Shown here piece by piece: positions 1-13,657 of a DNA stretch of 64,000 bases. The first letter of the stretch is position 1. Every line of letters starts with the position of its first letter. The notes beneath the pieces were generated by a model that had not been told where the DNA came from, did not search any database, and saw only the letters and a program-made list of their open reading frames with translations. The position numbers and the translations under genes are program-made. Source of the stretch: Eledone cirrhosa (Eukaryota); NCBI GenBank assembly GCA_964016885.1, contig OZ024743.1:171492001-171556000 (forward strand), read 5' to 3'.

Positions 1-1420
1 GTAATTGTAGGAATCGGGTTGATTGCCCCCTATCCGGAAAATGCCTCTCTAGTAACATTGTCTACAAATGTAAGGTTGTCACACCCACGTCCCGTAGGGC
101 CTACATAGGGTTAACCGCCAATAGATTCAAGCAGCGTCTTTACATGCATACCCATTCTTTTCGTTACCCTCTAAGAAGGAATATGACGTCACTTTCAGAT
201 TATATCTGGAGTCTAAAAGGCAACCACACCCAATATAGGTTACACTGGGAGATCCTAGTTAGGGCCAGATCGTATAACGGAAATAAAAGACCATGTGACC
301 TCTGCGCTGCTGAGGCCCTGGAAATACTCTACGCCACAGACCACATCTTAAACAAAAAATCTGAGGCAATTTTGGCTTGTAAACATAAATTGCACAAAAC
401 TTTCCTGTATTACAGCCCCACATTATACACTAACGGATAGTACGATCTATACGAGGATATTTTACGTCTTGATGTGGTAGCTAAGTATATGTTATATTTA
501 TACCATTACTTATTTGCATAGGTAAGTATATATTACCTGTATGTTTTGTGAAGGTACGTATACTTTCTCACACGTATATCTGATTGTATATGTTATGGCG
601 TATATTTTATATATTCTGGTACATATGCTTTTGGTTATGTGTATACGTGAGTTTTGCGTCTGTGTGAGTATGCGGGTTCGTACGTATGTAGGGTCTGTGT
701 ATATGTGTACTTCATATTTTGGTTGACGTACGTCTCCGGACATTTGTGTATTTACATGTAGGTATGTGTGTGCGCTTGTTACATACGTATTTATTTATTT
801 ATATACGTTTATTTAATTATTTGTATACAGGCACACACACACACATATTTATATGTGCGTGTATTTGTATACCTATGTATGCTTGTGTATGTACTTATAA
901 GGATGCATGTATGTATTTATTTTATTTCAATTACCTCTGTATTTTATTTACTTTATTCTTAACTGTGAAGCCGAGAATCATTCGGTTTCCTAGTTAGAAT
1001 TTTAGTCTACGACTTCAGTTATACCATTTTCGTGGTTTTGTCTTTGCGTGCAATTGTTCTCCACGATCCACATATGACGTATTATCTTCGTTTTTTTTCG
1101 TTCATTGCCAGAGAACGTCTCTATGAATAACCTAAGAGAATATTAGTCTACGACTTCTTTTATACCATAAACGTGGTTTTGTCTTTGCGTGTAATTGTTT
1201 TTCACCGCTCCAAATAATGACGTATTATATTCGTTTTTTCCCCTTCTTTGCCAGGGAACGTTTCCACGAACCAAAGTATCGTCTTCCTGTCTTCCTCCGG
1301 TTGCAACGTTTTTTGAAATATTCACTTCTACGTTCACAGATTGACTTTGTTAGTTTCAGAAGATCCCGTTAAGGGTGAAAGCAGCGATTCTTTGCTTAAA
1401 CTTTAATCTGTCATTTTAAT
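1..1420 (+). mobile_element. PLE family A: 3' end (GIY-YIG tail) plus pseudo-LTR
   Basis: CNCRNRVDCPLSGKCL..IVYKC..AYIGLTANRFKQR followed by ORF 144-440; the 3' region matches 42720-44380 and 52405-54050 and ends in a hammerhead motif and (AT)n. Confidence 0.9.
1352..1402 (+). ncRNA. Type I hammerhead ribozyme motif, U4A core
   Basis: AGTTT-CAGAAGA-TCCC gttaa GGGT-GAAA-GCA gcgattctt TGC-TT-AAACT; predicted CUU cleavage triplet. Confidence 0.7.
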
Positions 1421-1938
1421 ATATATATATATATATATATGTATATATGTGTGTACGTGTGTATATACGTGTGTATATGTGTACGTATGAATGTGCGTGT
1501 GTATGCATGAGAGCGTGTGTGTGTGAGTGTATACATATATATATGCATATGTATGTACCCATATATATGTATGTGTGTATGTATATATTTGTATATATAT
1601 GTATGTGTGTATGTACCATTATGTATGTTTGTTGTGTGTGTGCCTGTCTGTGTGTGCGTGCGTGTATGTGTGTGTACGTGTGTAAGTGGGCGGGTGTGTG
1701 AATGTGCTTGTCGACACCTGGAATATATATTAAGAGAAACTTCACAATAAGGGGAATCACCCCAACACTTGAATCTGTTGATGGAACCCTTTGTGCCTTT
1801 GTTAATATTATAGCTTTAAAGAATTAGCTTTTAATGAACTCCCTTTTCTTTAAATCCTTCAACCAATGACCTCCACCCATCCCAATCTCCACTCTCTCCT
1901 ACCACCAGAAAAGAAAAGATATAAATACTACCACTTAC

Positions 1939-3211
1939 TTGGACAGCCAAGAGAGTACTAACGAACATGATTTAGAATATAGCACAATGGAAAGCATCCA
2001 GCAGATAGCTAACTCCATACACCAGAGAATAACTGTAACTATATACTACCCTTCCAAACACCCTAACAATAGACTACCTGTATTAGACACGGAACTCTGG
2101 ATTAACACTATAGACGAGAGGCCCCAAATTCTCTACTCACACTATGCTAAAGCCATGGCCTCCAAATACCTGATACTAAAAACTCAGCAATGTCCAGTAG
2201 TGCTAAGTTTAATATTCTGGTCGCAGACTTGGTACGAGTGATGAAGAACGTGTCCCGCATGTGCGACCCAACAGAAATGGAAAGACACATCCAACACTTC
2301 ATCAACCGCATGCAGTTCTCTGGCTACAACCAAAGAGACAGAATCAGAGTATACAAAGAGGCCACGGAGAAATATAAGACCCTGTAGAACTGGACACGAA
2401 AGTAATTTGCCAGGAGCAAATCATGGAATAGCTTAGATAGGACTAAACATAAGATAGGGAAAGCTACCTCATGGTACGACAACCAGACATACCAGAGTGT
2501 CATGTTCGTGGATGCTACCCGTGGCGGGAAATTAGCTAACCAAGAAAGACCCACTTAAAGATTAAAGTGGTAGAAAAGCCAGGAACTACCATAAAATCCC
2601 TGATCAGCAAAACATACACTTTTAAGAAAACCCACTGTACTAATAAGAAATGTGTTATATGTAAAGTAAACCCCCAGATAAACTGTAAAACTAGAAATGT
2701 AGTCTATAGCATAATATGTACAGAGGGTACTTGCAGAAATATGATAACGACATACATAGGTGAGACAGCTCGTAGTATAGGAGAAAGAATAGACCAACAC
2801 TGGGGGAAATTAAAAGGACAAATAAACAAAAAAAACGGTTCAGTACTATACGAACATGCCAGAAAGCAACATGAAGGTAACATAGACAACATAGAAATTA
2901 AAATAATATCTAAACATAGAAATGACCCAACAGGTAGGCAAATCAGAGAGGCAAGTGAAATAGAGATTAGAAAGCCAAAGTTAAACAGAAAAAAATAAAT
3001 GGAATAACAACATCCAAACAAACAATACTGACTTAAGAGAAATATAAATAAATAAATGAATATATACACAAGCACAATAACAACAAACACATATAAACAC
3101 ACACTAATAAACTAAGATAGAATACAAAAACGAAAACACATACACACAAACACGAACACAAACACCAAACATTATACGCATACGCAAACGCATGCGCAGT
3201 GACGGAGACAA

Positions 3212-3266
<55 letters not shown>

Positions 3267-3550
3267 AATAAAAATGGCGTAGACATTACAATACAATACA
3301 GCAGGAGAAATATGATCATAGTACCACAGATGATGTTGCAGATGTGCAACGAAAGAACTTTGTTAGACTATATATATTTATATCTGTATTTTTTACCGTT
3401 GTTCAGTCAGTGATAAACATCGCTGGCCAAATGAATTAACTATGGAGATATAAAAGATGCAGAAGCGAAAACCAACCAAGCAGAGAGTGTGCTCTGTTGT
3501 TATTTCTGGCAATAATATTACAACAATATGACCCTCCCCAAGTATAACAA
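1939..3550 (+). mobile_element. PLE 3' half (RT thumb + GIY-YIG; Naiad-like by recalled motifs) with pseudo-LTR
   Basis: Frameshifted ORFs LPVLDTELWI..YSHYAKAM, RMQFSGYN, CKTRNVVYSIIC..YIGETARSIGER..H; followed by (TAAA)n, a hammerhead motif and (AT)n. Clade label is inference. Confidence 0.85.
3319..3370 (+). ncRNA. Minimal type I hammerhead motif, U4A core
   Basis: CA-CAGATGA-T-GTTGCA gatg TGCAAC-GAAA-GAAC-TT-TG; same GAAAGAACTT as 46613-46655; stem I weak. Confidence 0.6.
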
Positions 3551-3553
3551 TAT

Positions 3554-3664
<111 letters not shown>

Positions 3665-3787
3665 TATATATATATATGAAAATATAGAAATTATTGTGAG
3701 CAAGAAGCCAACAGTATTTCATAATATATAAGTGACTATAACGTCAAAATTGAAAATAATTAACGTAAGATATGGGAAAATAATTCA

Positions 3788-5830
3788 AATTATGAAGTTC
3801 TCTGTAGTAAAGTACTAATTATAAGTTAACTAAATTAAAAAAACTAATTATAATAATATGTAAAATATAAGTGTAAGGTGTATATTAATTAGGTTTATAA
3901 TATTTGAAAATTCTTCTAATTCTATGATTGCAAGATATAATTAATTCTTGTCGTTTATTTAATAGGATATCCTTAGATTTCATTATTTCAAAAAGTTCCT
4001 GGGAACATAATCTACACTCATATCTGTTATTTTGATAAGGGGTGGCCCTTTTGAGCACACTCCAGGTCAGGTTGTAATAGATATTCTTTTTTCTATAATT
4101 ATTAATTGTTTCTGCCAAGGATGTTGTATTAGCTAATGCGGCATATTTAAAACTATGTTTGTGGGTATTAAATCTTACTTTAAATCTGTTAGACGTAGCT
4201 CCTATATATGAATAAGTTGAGTCCTTAGTGCTAATTTTACATTTATATACTATGTTATTAATAAGACAATTTCCCTTTAATGGGCAATTTCTTTTGTTGC
4301 TACAGTTACAACCATTCGTGAATATTATATCAGGAGAGTTAGTCAAATTTGGTGTGGAATTTACTCGACTTGTTATATGTGAAGGAGATGGTGGTTTGTT
4401 GTGGTTTATTTTAGTATTATGGTTGGTTTGATGTGTTGGTGGTATATTCGTGGTTATTTTACATGTATATGCGTTGTACGCAATTAGATTTTGTTTCATA
4501 TTTTTGGTAGTGGAGTAGGATAATTTGACAGTTGATCTATTTAAAATTTGATGGTATTTATGGTTTCGCGGGAAGTTTTTCTCTAGGATAGAAAAACATT
4601 TTTGAGGGACATTATCTTTAATTTTTAGATTAAATGGAGCATTATACCAAGTAACTCGTCTATTACGGTTTCGATGTTGTTTTTTATATTTATATGTATC
4701 AGGATGTTTAGTATTAGTGATTTTATTATATATAGGTTTAGTTAGATTAACTGATTTAGGTGTTTTAGTCTGATTATTAGGAATTTTGTTAGTAATGTTA
4801 TTAACGTATATTGGCATAAAGTTATTATATTTTATGTGAGAAGAGGTAGAGAAATTAAGTTTTAGGATGGTATTATTGGGTGTAGTGTGAGAGGCATTTA
4901 GGTCTGTGTTTTTCATTTGTTGTTTGTTGGTAATTAATATACACCTTACACTTATATTTTACATATTATTATAATTAGTTTTTTAATTTAGTTAACTTAT
5001 AATTAGTACTTTACTACAGAGAACTTCATAATTTTATTTCCCTCTTACAGCTCTCTTTTCCTAACATTAATACCTAAAAGTATACATATAAATTAATTTA
5101 ATTTCCTGTTATGAATCTAGATTCCTTGTAGTCTATATAAGATTGGTATTTCTCACTACTACACTTATCCGAAAATTTTATTTTCCTTCGTTTTTAAAAA
5201 CATTCTTTAATAACATCTAACTCTTATTTATCACATCCATATGAATTAATATAAATGTATCCCTATAAGTATACCTATCAATTAATTTAATTTCTTGTTA
5301 TAGATCTAAATTCGTTGTGTTTTAAATAAGATTGGTATTTCTCACTAATACCATTACCCTAAAATTTTACTCTCCTTCGTTTTTAACATTATTCTTTAAT
5401 AACATCAAATGTTCGTGTACCCTTCACCGGTTTAACCTCTTTTCATCCCCAAAGTATTCTTTTCATTCAAAGTATTCTTTCCATTCAAACATAAGTCTGC
5501 ATTCCTCTACCCCTAAATTAAATCTCTACTACTACTATTCTATCAACTTGACCTCTTACTACTTTTCTATTGGTCAATTCAAAACCTGTTCCCAAACAGA
5601 CCTATTATATTAAATCTTTGTTGTTTTTTTTCAATAAACAAATCTCATTATTTCTGAAGACAGCATATATATGTGAAGGTATGTATATTTCCTCTGATAG
5701 TTTGTAATATTTTTACATAGATCTATATGATATACATACCAACACACATATATATCCTAGAAACGATCGTAAAATGATGGATTTTTTAATATAAGGAACT
5801 TGTTCTTTGTTTTTATTAATTGTTATTATT
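3788..5830 (-). mobile_element. 5'-truncated PLE (open ORF 3885-4916, linker + GIY-YIG) with inverted upstream pseudo-LTR
   Basis: ORF has WYNAPF..KNFPRNHKYHQILNRSTVKLSYS, CNC..CPLKGNCL and IVYKC..YIGATSNRFKVR; 3788-3891 is the reverse complement of 4931-5033. Confidence 0.9.
5646..5779 (+). ncRNA. Type I hammerhead with 99-nt hairpin in stem II and palindromic stem III
   Basis: CATTATTT-CTGAAGA-[99 nt; atatatgtg/cacatatat and ggtatgtatat/atatacatacc pair]-GAAA-CGATCG-TA-AAATGATG; basal stem II pair mismatched. Confidence 0.72.
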
Positions 5831-5831
5831 A

Positions 5832-5894
<63 letters not shown>

Positions 5895-5895
<1 letters not shown>

Positions 5896-6103
5896 CGTTG
5901 CATTACCATCTTTGTTTGTTTACTGTCTCGCTCGTTCCCCCTATTTACGTGTCCCCATGACTTTCTTTAGCCGTTGCTCGCACCAACCAGAGGCATATGG
6001 CCTTTAAAGCGATGAAATACCAATGAAGGCTGGAAGATCACTGATGAAGGACTAATTTTATTCATATGTAACCCATTTGCAAACACGCAGCACGCCATTT
6101 TTT

Positions 6104-6110
<7 letters not shown>
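5895..6110. repeat. Unclassified ~200 bp interspersed repeat with a conserved structured core (copies at 39681-39860 and partially at 35296-35400)
   Basis: Shared cgttgcat..acca..tgtttgtt leader and GCTCGCAC..GG.AT.T.G.CTTTAA.GC...GAAATACCAA core; bounded by (AT)n. Confidence 0.7.
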
Positions 6111-6139
<29 letters not shown>

Positions 6140-6939
6140 CTTATTTACATAATATCCAAATTCCCCAATTTAGTCAACCTTGTATACCCTTATCTTGTCA
6201 AATGTGTGTATGCGCTGCCGAATTGATTGTTTTTTTTTCAGATAACTAAGAAATTATTCGTCACGTAGCTGATGATTATATCTTACCATTCGGTCAACTT
6301 GTACTATCATTTGATGTGGCCGATTTGCTGCCAGGACTGACACCAATTCTACAGACCTGTTTTCTCTGCCTGAAGGTCGTGATAACATGCCTTATAATAC
6401 ACACACGCGCGCGCGCGCCCACACAAACCCTAATATACTTTCTGGATAAATATATTTCTACCCCCTCTCCACGATTATTCTATCTAGAGATGTGAAGACA
6501 GATGCACTTGAACGCACATATACATGCACACATACATATCTCACTAAGCCAAATCGTTATACGGCAAACTTCCTAAAAAAAAAACACTTTCGTGAAAAGA
6601 TTCTTTACAATTGTATAAACAGTGTATGCCCTTATTTGGACAAATGATTCCTCCTGATAAGAAAGCCAGTTAACCACCAATTCCTTCGGCAATCAGTTTG
6701 GAACTAACTGTTGAAACGGCAAGATCTCAGCCTTCGGGGTCCTGACTCTTTATAATATCTGGTGAGTAATGATCCAACCAGTTTCTAACTGAATCCATCT
6801 TGATGTATGTAACTCCTGCTACAGTAGTGGGGGTCTCTTCAACCCATACCACACCTCTATCTCGGCTCTTATTAACACGTTCTTTTTCCTAACCCGGTTA
6901 CTGAACCCACCATCCGACGAACAATATTGCAATTCCACC

Positions 6940-8430
6940 GAGAAAAATAAACTTAAGTACTCTCACTCAATAAATCGATAAGTTTGTGAAACGTTTGAGA
7001 TAGAGAGCGTTCTTCTACGATAGACTCCACGATACACAGGAGCTTGACCAAAATGATAAGTACGGTTTCAAAATCCACAGGTCACCTCAGCCGAACCTTC
7101 TGCCCTCGTCGGTTAAATTCAAGCACCGTAGCAACCGATTCCAACAACAACCCCTCAATAAGATACGCAAGTACCAAAACACAGACGATATCCCCATTCA
7201 CTCCGACAAAACCGGCAATTTGTTTTTTGTCAACCAAGGCAGTTACCATTCCCTGATTAAGAACAGCTTGACCTCCATCTACAGAAAATCTAATCCTTGT
7301 ATGATCCAGGAGATAAATGCAGAGGGACGAAACATCACCTCCAGCCTCAGTATTTTTGATCAAACTTAACCCATCGACCCACAAGTTCCTTATTTCACCC
7401 CCAAGAACCATAAACCAGACTTCCATAGCAAACCTGCCACCCGGCTTATAAACCCGACGAAGTCTGACATAGGGAAAGATAAGTAAGATGATTCTGCATA
7501 AAATTATACCCAAAGTTAAGCAACAAGCGAGGCTCAGTCTATGGAATAGTACACAAAAATTCATCCCCTGGTTCCGAAGTTCGATATAAAAAATTACTAC
7601 ACTTTTTTAACTAAATCACTTTTGGAGGCCGCAATAGATGACGCCAGAACTATCACAGCCATGAGTGACCAGTAAATCGACATAATTCTCCACGCTAGGA
7701 AGACTGTCTTGCCTTTTGAAAATTTCACCTGGATAAAAAGTGCCCCAGTCTCACTCTTTGATGTTAGTATGGGAGCAACCGACTCGGCGCAGGTTACATA
7801 CTCCAGAGGCTTATATAAGGGTTTTCTGCGTTCGGAGGGGACTGTACAGAAATGTTGGGCTCGTAACTCTTACATCAGTAGTACTGACCGGGTTCACAAA
7901 CATCTCATCAAGTTCTTCCGTGAATTAGGGTTTAAGGCTACCTTACAGGCGTACCTCATCGGTATCAACTTCTTGGACGTAAACCTAAAGTTGGCGAACC
8001 AACTGCACTACCCCTTCCGGAAACCAGTTGAAAACTTACATTACATCCACCGATACTCAAACCACCAAATGAATATAACTAAAAATTTGGTGAAGAATAT
8101 CTCCCTCCGTATATCATACTTGTCTGCTAACGAGCAGATATTCAAGGAATGTGCGTCACACTACAACCAGGCCCTTAAAAAAGGAAGAACTTACCTACTA
8201 CCCAAGTACCATTATTAGAATCAGCAGGCGGAGTCGCCGCTCCCACAACATAACGTGGTTCAATCCTCCTCACAATGCCGAAGTCAAATACAGGAGGACG
8301 CCGCCTGTGCAATTTATGCACTGAGGAGACAATCCAAATGTTATTCGCCAAGGAACAATTATTAAATAAAAAGAATGAACTCGTCACCTCGTGCAAACAG
8401 CGGATTTACAAAACATATCTCAATTTCAGA
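6940..8430 (+). mobile_element. Degenerate, internally deleted PLE
   Basis: IDKFVKRLR*RAFFY N-terminal motif; ORF 7709-8218 FDVSMGATDSAQV..INFLDVNL..HYIHRYSNH; WFNPPHN; GIY-YIG tail remnant. Confidence 0.85.
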
Positions 8431-9407
8431 CCTCATGATCAAGGAGGGTAAGACAATTTTCCCAACATTCATTGTACATTTACGCACTGCAATAGGCACC
8501 CTAGTTTATCATAGTATATCTGCACACGCTATTATGTATCCAAACTGGCAAACACATTCCTAGGGTTAAAGAGTACATACACACAAACGAACACAACTCG
8601 ACACAAAGTTCAATAGCAAACACTAACAGCAACTAGGAAATAACACAGAACTAACGCTTACGACAAACGAGCACCGCTCCACACAAACGTCGTCAGCAAA
8701 CCTCACTAACACCCATAAATACACACAGAAATAGCTCTTATTGAAGCATTTGAGCCGACAGTTACACATCAAAACACACATGTCATCATTGAACAGAATC
8801 ATTAGCACATGTAACCAGTACATAAGCAGCTCATCTTGCACCTACCCGAGCTGCTCATCCAACCCTTCGGTCACATAAACATACTTCTAAAGAGGCACCT
8901 ACGACAACATTTTTTTATGATAGCGTCGTTAAAGCGAGTGCACTCACACTAGCACTCCACTACGTAAATATCAATAACTATTTGCACGTGGACAACCGCT
9001 GTGACCCCACTGGCAACATATATACGTACCCAAGAAAACAATAGGCCCTTACAATGCATAACCAATAGTAATTACTTATTCAACCTACTCCACTATAAAT
9101 CTACGAAATATAATCACCACCACAAACTCAGTAGCACCACGAAACATGAAGTAAATCAAATTAATACTCCTAACGGCAATTCATAGGGACTTAAGTACTA
9201 GAGTAGTTATAGTAAATATTTTCCACTAGATATTACTTTAATAGTACCGGCTAATAGGCTGTACGTGTATAATCATTATCTCATTATACTAAACGATTAT
9301 ATTTATTTTTTATTTATTTCAATCGGGATTTTATTATTGACTTCATTGGTGTATTCGTTACCGACATTTTCTTTTAAAACATTTCTGTGCAAACTGAATT
9401 CATTCTG

Positions 9408-9479
<72 letters not shown>

Positions 9480-9526
9480 ACACATATATATATATATATT
9501 TAATTAGAAAGTGAACAACACAAAAT

Positions 9527-9608
9527 ATAACTACGCCATTACCAAAGGTTTCTGGATCCCAGGCAAAATTAATGTACGTCGGGATTGGTCATCAGAAAGA
9601 AATGTTAT
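9527..9608 (-). ncRNA. Decayed type I hammerhead motif (mirror copy 15047-15130, +)
   Basis: Minus strand CTGATGA-ccaATCCC..GGGATcca-GAAA-CCtttGG-TA-atgg..gttat; stems imperfect in both copies. Confidence 0.55.
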
Positions 9609-9814
9609 GGATAAAAAATATGAGATGAGATTTAAAATCTGTTAAAAATTGGAAGTGAGGCTGGAAAAATAACGGAAAATAAGAGAAGAAGGGTAAGAAA
9701 AATAATATATAAAAGTATATAGAAATATAGAAAAAAATATGTGTGCATACATATACACACACATACACATATTCAGATAAAAGTAAAATATATATATATG
9801 TATATATACAGATA

Positions 9815-9880
<66 letters not shown>

Positions 9881-10996
9881 AACATACATGTTCACAGACA
9901 TACACATATGCTCACACATATATACACAATTTTCAAACTAAACTTGCTAATGATATTTCTAATATTAAGTCTTCTGATAATAAGTTCGTATTTTGCGATA
10001 AGATTAAAAACTTATATGAAATAAATAGCGATTTATATAACCAACTTTTAACAGATAGTATCACTACCAAATATCAAAAAGCCAAAAATAACACTCTTAA
10101 TAATATAAATAATGAAGCTAAATACATTGCAAATAAATTAAAAATAGACAATAGAACTGAAATCCTAGCTAAACCTAAGCCTATATTACACTGAAAGTCC
10201 ATAAAATAGATTTCAATAACAGACCTAGTTGTAGACTCATTAACCCTGCTAAATCAGAAATTGGTCTTGCCAGTAAAACAATATTAAGAAATATAATATT
10301 AAAAATAAGAAGTAAAACTGAACTTTATCAATGGCTTAGTATGTCTTCAGTAGTTTCATGGTTTAATATTATACCCCCTCAAAAAAAGTTCTAGATTCAC
10401 TCAATTCGATATAATAGACTTCTACCCTTCTATTACTCAATCCTTATTAGCCAAAGCATTAGAATTCGCTTAAAATTACGCTAATATATCCGATTTAGAA
10501 GAGGAAGTAATTTTACATGCCCGGAAAACTCTACTTTTTGCCGAAAATGAATCATGGGTAAAATAATCTAACCCAGAAAACACTTTTGATGTCTCTATGG
10601 TTTCTTTTGACAGTGCCGATGTGTGTGATTTGGTCGGTTTCTTCCTTCTACACGCAATAAGGGAAGAACTCCCAGGTCACATCATCGGGTTATATCGAGA
10701 TGACGGGCTAGTAGTCTCTCATACCACCAATGACCATAACCTCGACACTTTCTGTAAAGATTTAATTAACATTTTCTCTGACCTAAACCTTAAAATTACT
10801 ATAGATACTAATCTTACCAACGTAAATCTCGTTGATATAAATCTTGACTTACTCGCTGCTTATTTTAAACCATACCATAAACCTAATGAGAATCTAAAAT
10901 ATATAAAAAACAGTCATACCACCCTCCCATAGTATTTAAAAACCTCATCCCTAATATTAGCCGTAGGATATCTACCCTCTCCTCTTCTGAAGAAAT

Positions 10997-11350
10997 CTAT
11001 ATTAATAAAGCTGAAGGGCGTATGTATGTAACAAACTTTTAGCTAAGCAGCAGGACCAAACAGCACCAAATTTGCACTATAGATGTAACTTTTTCCAAGG
11101 AAGAAAGTGAGGGTATTTTTGTCTACGACATTTTGTTATTCTTGATTAAAGATATTTTATTGTTTACTTAAAGATTTACTTCTTTAAAATTCTCAAATGT
11201 CAACATTTTCGGTTAGCGATCGCTTAAATAAACATTAATATATTTTGCAGTTTATATATAATATCGTCTTTTTTAAATGTATCATGGATTAAATTTCTGT
11301 GTATATTGTTCATCTCTATTTATATTAATAAAGCTGACGGCCGTATGTAA
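10997..11350 (+). mobile_element. Possible non-autonomous Helitron-like fragments
   Basis: Two tctat(..)attaataaagctga.gg.cgtatgta starts (about 10997 and 11315) interrupt the PLE; resemble TC-started Helitron 5' ends; no 3' CTAG terminus seen. Confidence 0.35.
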
Positions 11351-11541
11351 AGTGAGGAGTACATTACTGGTACTTTATTATATATAATATATATAATACG
11401 ACATTCCTCTCTCTTTCTTACTCTGTATTTTTAGATAGATACATAGCTATAACTCGCGCGCTTATAATATCTGTCTGTATGCCTGACTGTCTGCATTGAC
11501 TTCGCTTCTAACCAACTTTTAATTAATTATATATATATATA

Positions 11542-11757
11542 TATTTTCAACAGTAATACTGTACTACATATTTTCAACAGTAAAACTATACGATATATTT
11601 TTAACAGTAATACTGTACTATATATTTTCCACAGTAACGCTGTACTACATATCTTCAACAGTAATACTATACTATATATTTTTAACAGTAATACTGTACT
11701 ACTCTATATACTTTCAACAGTAATACTGAACTGTACTATATATTTTCAACAGTAATA
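11542..11757. repeat. Minisatellite, ~29 bp unit, ~7 copies
   Basis: tattttcaacagtaatactgtactacata tandem units with small variations and no unique spacers. Confidence 0.9.
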
Positions 11758-12799
11758 AAATCTGAAATCTCCCAACACCTGTCTTAACTCTAATTCTGAG
11801 ATATTTAAAATGTGCCCACATATAAGAACTCATCTCCTTTCTCGGCATCAAAACACCATTTTGTACACTTACCTACCTTGAACACTATCTCCTTTTCACA
11901 CATTCAACACTTATCTTATATTACACCTATTTTATTCATTTCTTCATTTCCCTTACTTTTACCTTGAACAATCCTTCTTACTTTATCACGAACACTCTCT
12001 TTTATTTTAAACACTTATTTTAAACATATATTTAACACTTATTTTTTTATTTTATTTTACACTCATATTATTCACTTATTGACTTCATCATTTACCACCA
12101 AGGCCCTTTACCATATACTTCCAACACTTATATTTTATATTACACCTAGTTTATCCATTTCTTATTTTAAACACCCCGAACTTTTTACATATTCTACACT
12201 TATTTTACTTTATTTTAGTTTATTTTATTTTACACTTATTCTATACTTATATTATTCACTTATTGACTTCACCTTTTCCTGAACATTCTCTTTTCTTTTA
12301 ACCACCCTGGGCCTTTATCACATACATTCTACAACAACATATTTTTATAGCACTGTTCTATACATAGAGCAACCATTTTACTTCTGCCTTTATCACATTC
12401 TTTCAACAACAAAATATATTTATATATTTATATTTATATATTTTTATAGTTCTGTTCTATACATAGAGCAATCATTTTTCCTTTGCCTTTTCTTCGGATT
12501 TACCTAACACATATGTATATATATATATATATATATGAATATGTCATTTATTTTGTCTGACCTGTTTAGCTTGACTTGTTTTTTTGGCTTAGGTGGTTAA
12601 TGGCTTCTTGGCTGCTTTCTCAGTTTGTATGGCCTTTATAACCTATGTTTATTGCTCTGCCCTCTTTAGCCCATGGAACGCTTTGCCAGCATGACTCGGA
12701 ATTTGCGTTACATTTCGCTTTTTCTACCCGCCGAAATGCGATTCTCGCTGAATTTATATATATATATATATTTTTTTATTTTTTTTATTTTTTTTATTT

Positions 12800-12847
<48 letters not shown>

Positions 12848-13135
12848 AAGGTATATATTGAGTTAGGAACTCAAAATAGTCTCTTACAATAAAATAGTTC
12901 TAAGAAAGAGATTTTTTCGAGCCGTATATTATAATTGAAAAAAAAAAGAAAAACGAACACAGATATATACATAAAGGAAAGCAATAACTATTAACATGTG
13001 TGCGTGTGTATGTACGTGCGCGTAAGTTTATGTGTGTGTGCATGCGTGCAGCGTTCCACAGAAAGTAAAAACTATCAACATGTGTGAGTGTGTGCGTGTG
13101 TGTAAGTTTGCGTGCGTGTGCGCATTTCCATGCGA

Positions 13136-13183
<48 letters not shown>

Positions 13184-13566
13184 TTATGTGTGTGTGTATT
13201 TATGTGTGTGTTCGTTTGTATACTTGTGTGTGTATTTTGCATGCTTCCATATGTTTATACTTTAAATGGACACACACACGTATGTATCTATATGTAGTTT
13301 TGTGTATGTGAATGTATTTATGTATAAGTTTATCTTTGTGTGTGACGTTTTTGTATCATTTTGTCCGACCGCTTTCCTATATATTTATTTTATTTTATTT
13401 TATTTTATTTTATTTTTACCCTTGTATTTGCGTATGAACATATCTGTGTTAATACACTTCTGTCTATGCCATGTATATATATATATATAACGAAGGAAAT
13501 GTGGTAAGGAACCAGGTGGACCATAACGCACCAAAGTACTCAATACTTGGGGTAGTAGAGTGGGTA

Positions 13567-13605
13567 ATAGGAACCAGTAAGACCCCATTTGGGGTCTTAC
13601 TGGTT

Positions 13606-13610
<5 letters not shown>
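13567..13610. repeat. Perfect 44-bp fold-back
   Basis: ataggaaccagtaagacccc-attt-ggggtcttactggttcctat, abutting (AT)n. Confidence 0.95.

Positions 13611-13657
<47 letters not shown>

Larger units (their letters stand above)
9500..12510 (+). mobile_element. Degenerate PLE (YRDD-type RT) with inverted upstream pseudo-LTR (about 9500-9790)
   Basis: DKIKNLYEI, CRLINPAKSEIG, FDIIDFYPSI, GLYRDDGL, FKPYHKPNE; 9500-9790 is the reverse complement of 14850-15150. Confidence 0.88.

Noticed and set aside
1939-3550. Selenoprotein-type (UGA + SECIS) Naiad element
   Set aside because: No in-frame TGA at Cys positions in the retained part and no convincing SECIS geometry by eye; SECISearch would be decisive.
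6041-6095. CTGATGA as a hammerhead core
   Set aside because: No correctly placed GAAA, stem III or stem I partner; the other copies do not keep the heptamer.
7082-7564. 160-aa hydrophobic ORF on the minus strand
   Set aside because: Antisense shadow of the decayed plus-strand PLE ORF.
11542-11757. Regularly spaced ~29-bp repeats, superficially CRISPR-like
   Set aside because: Head-to-tail minisatellite with no unique spacers, no cas genes and a eukaryotic context.
12680-12752. Hammerhead-like ATGA..CGAAA..TC segment
   Set aside because: Core incomplete and stems II and III not properly paired.
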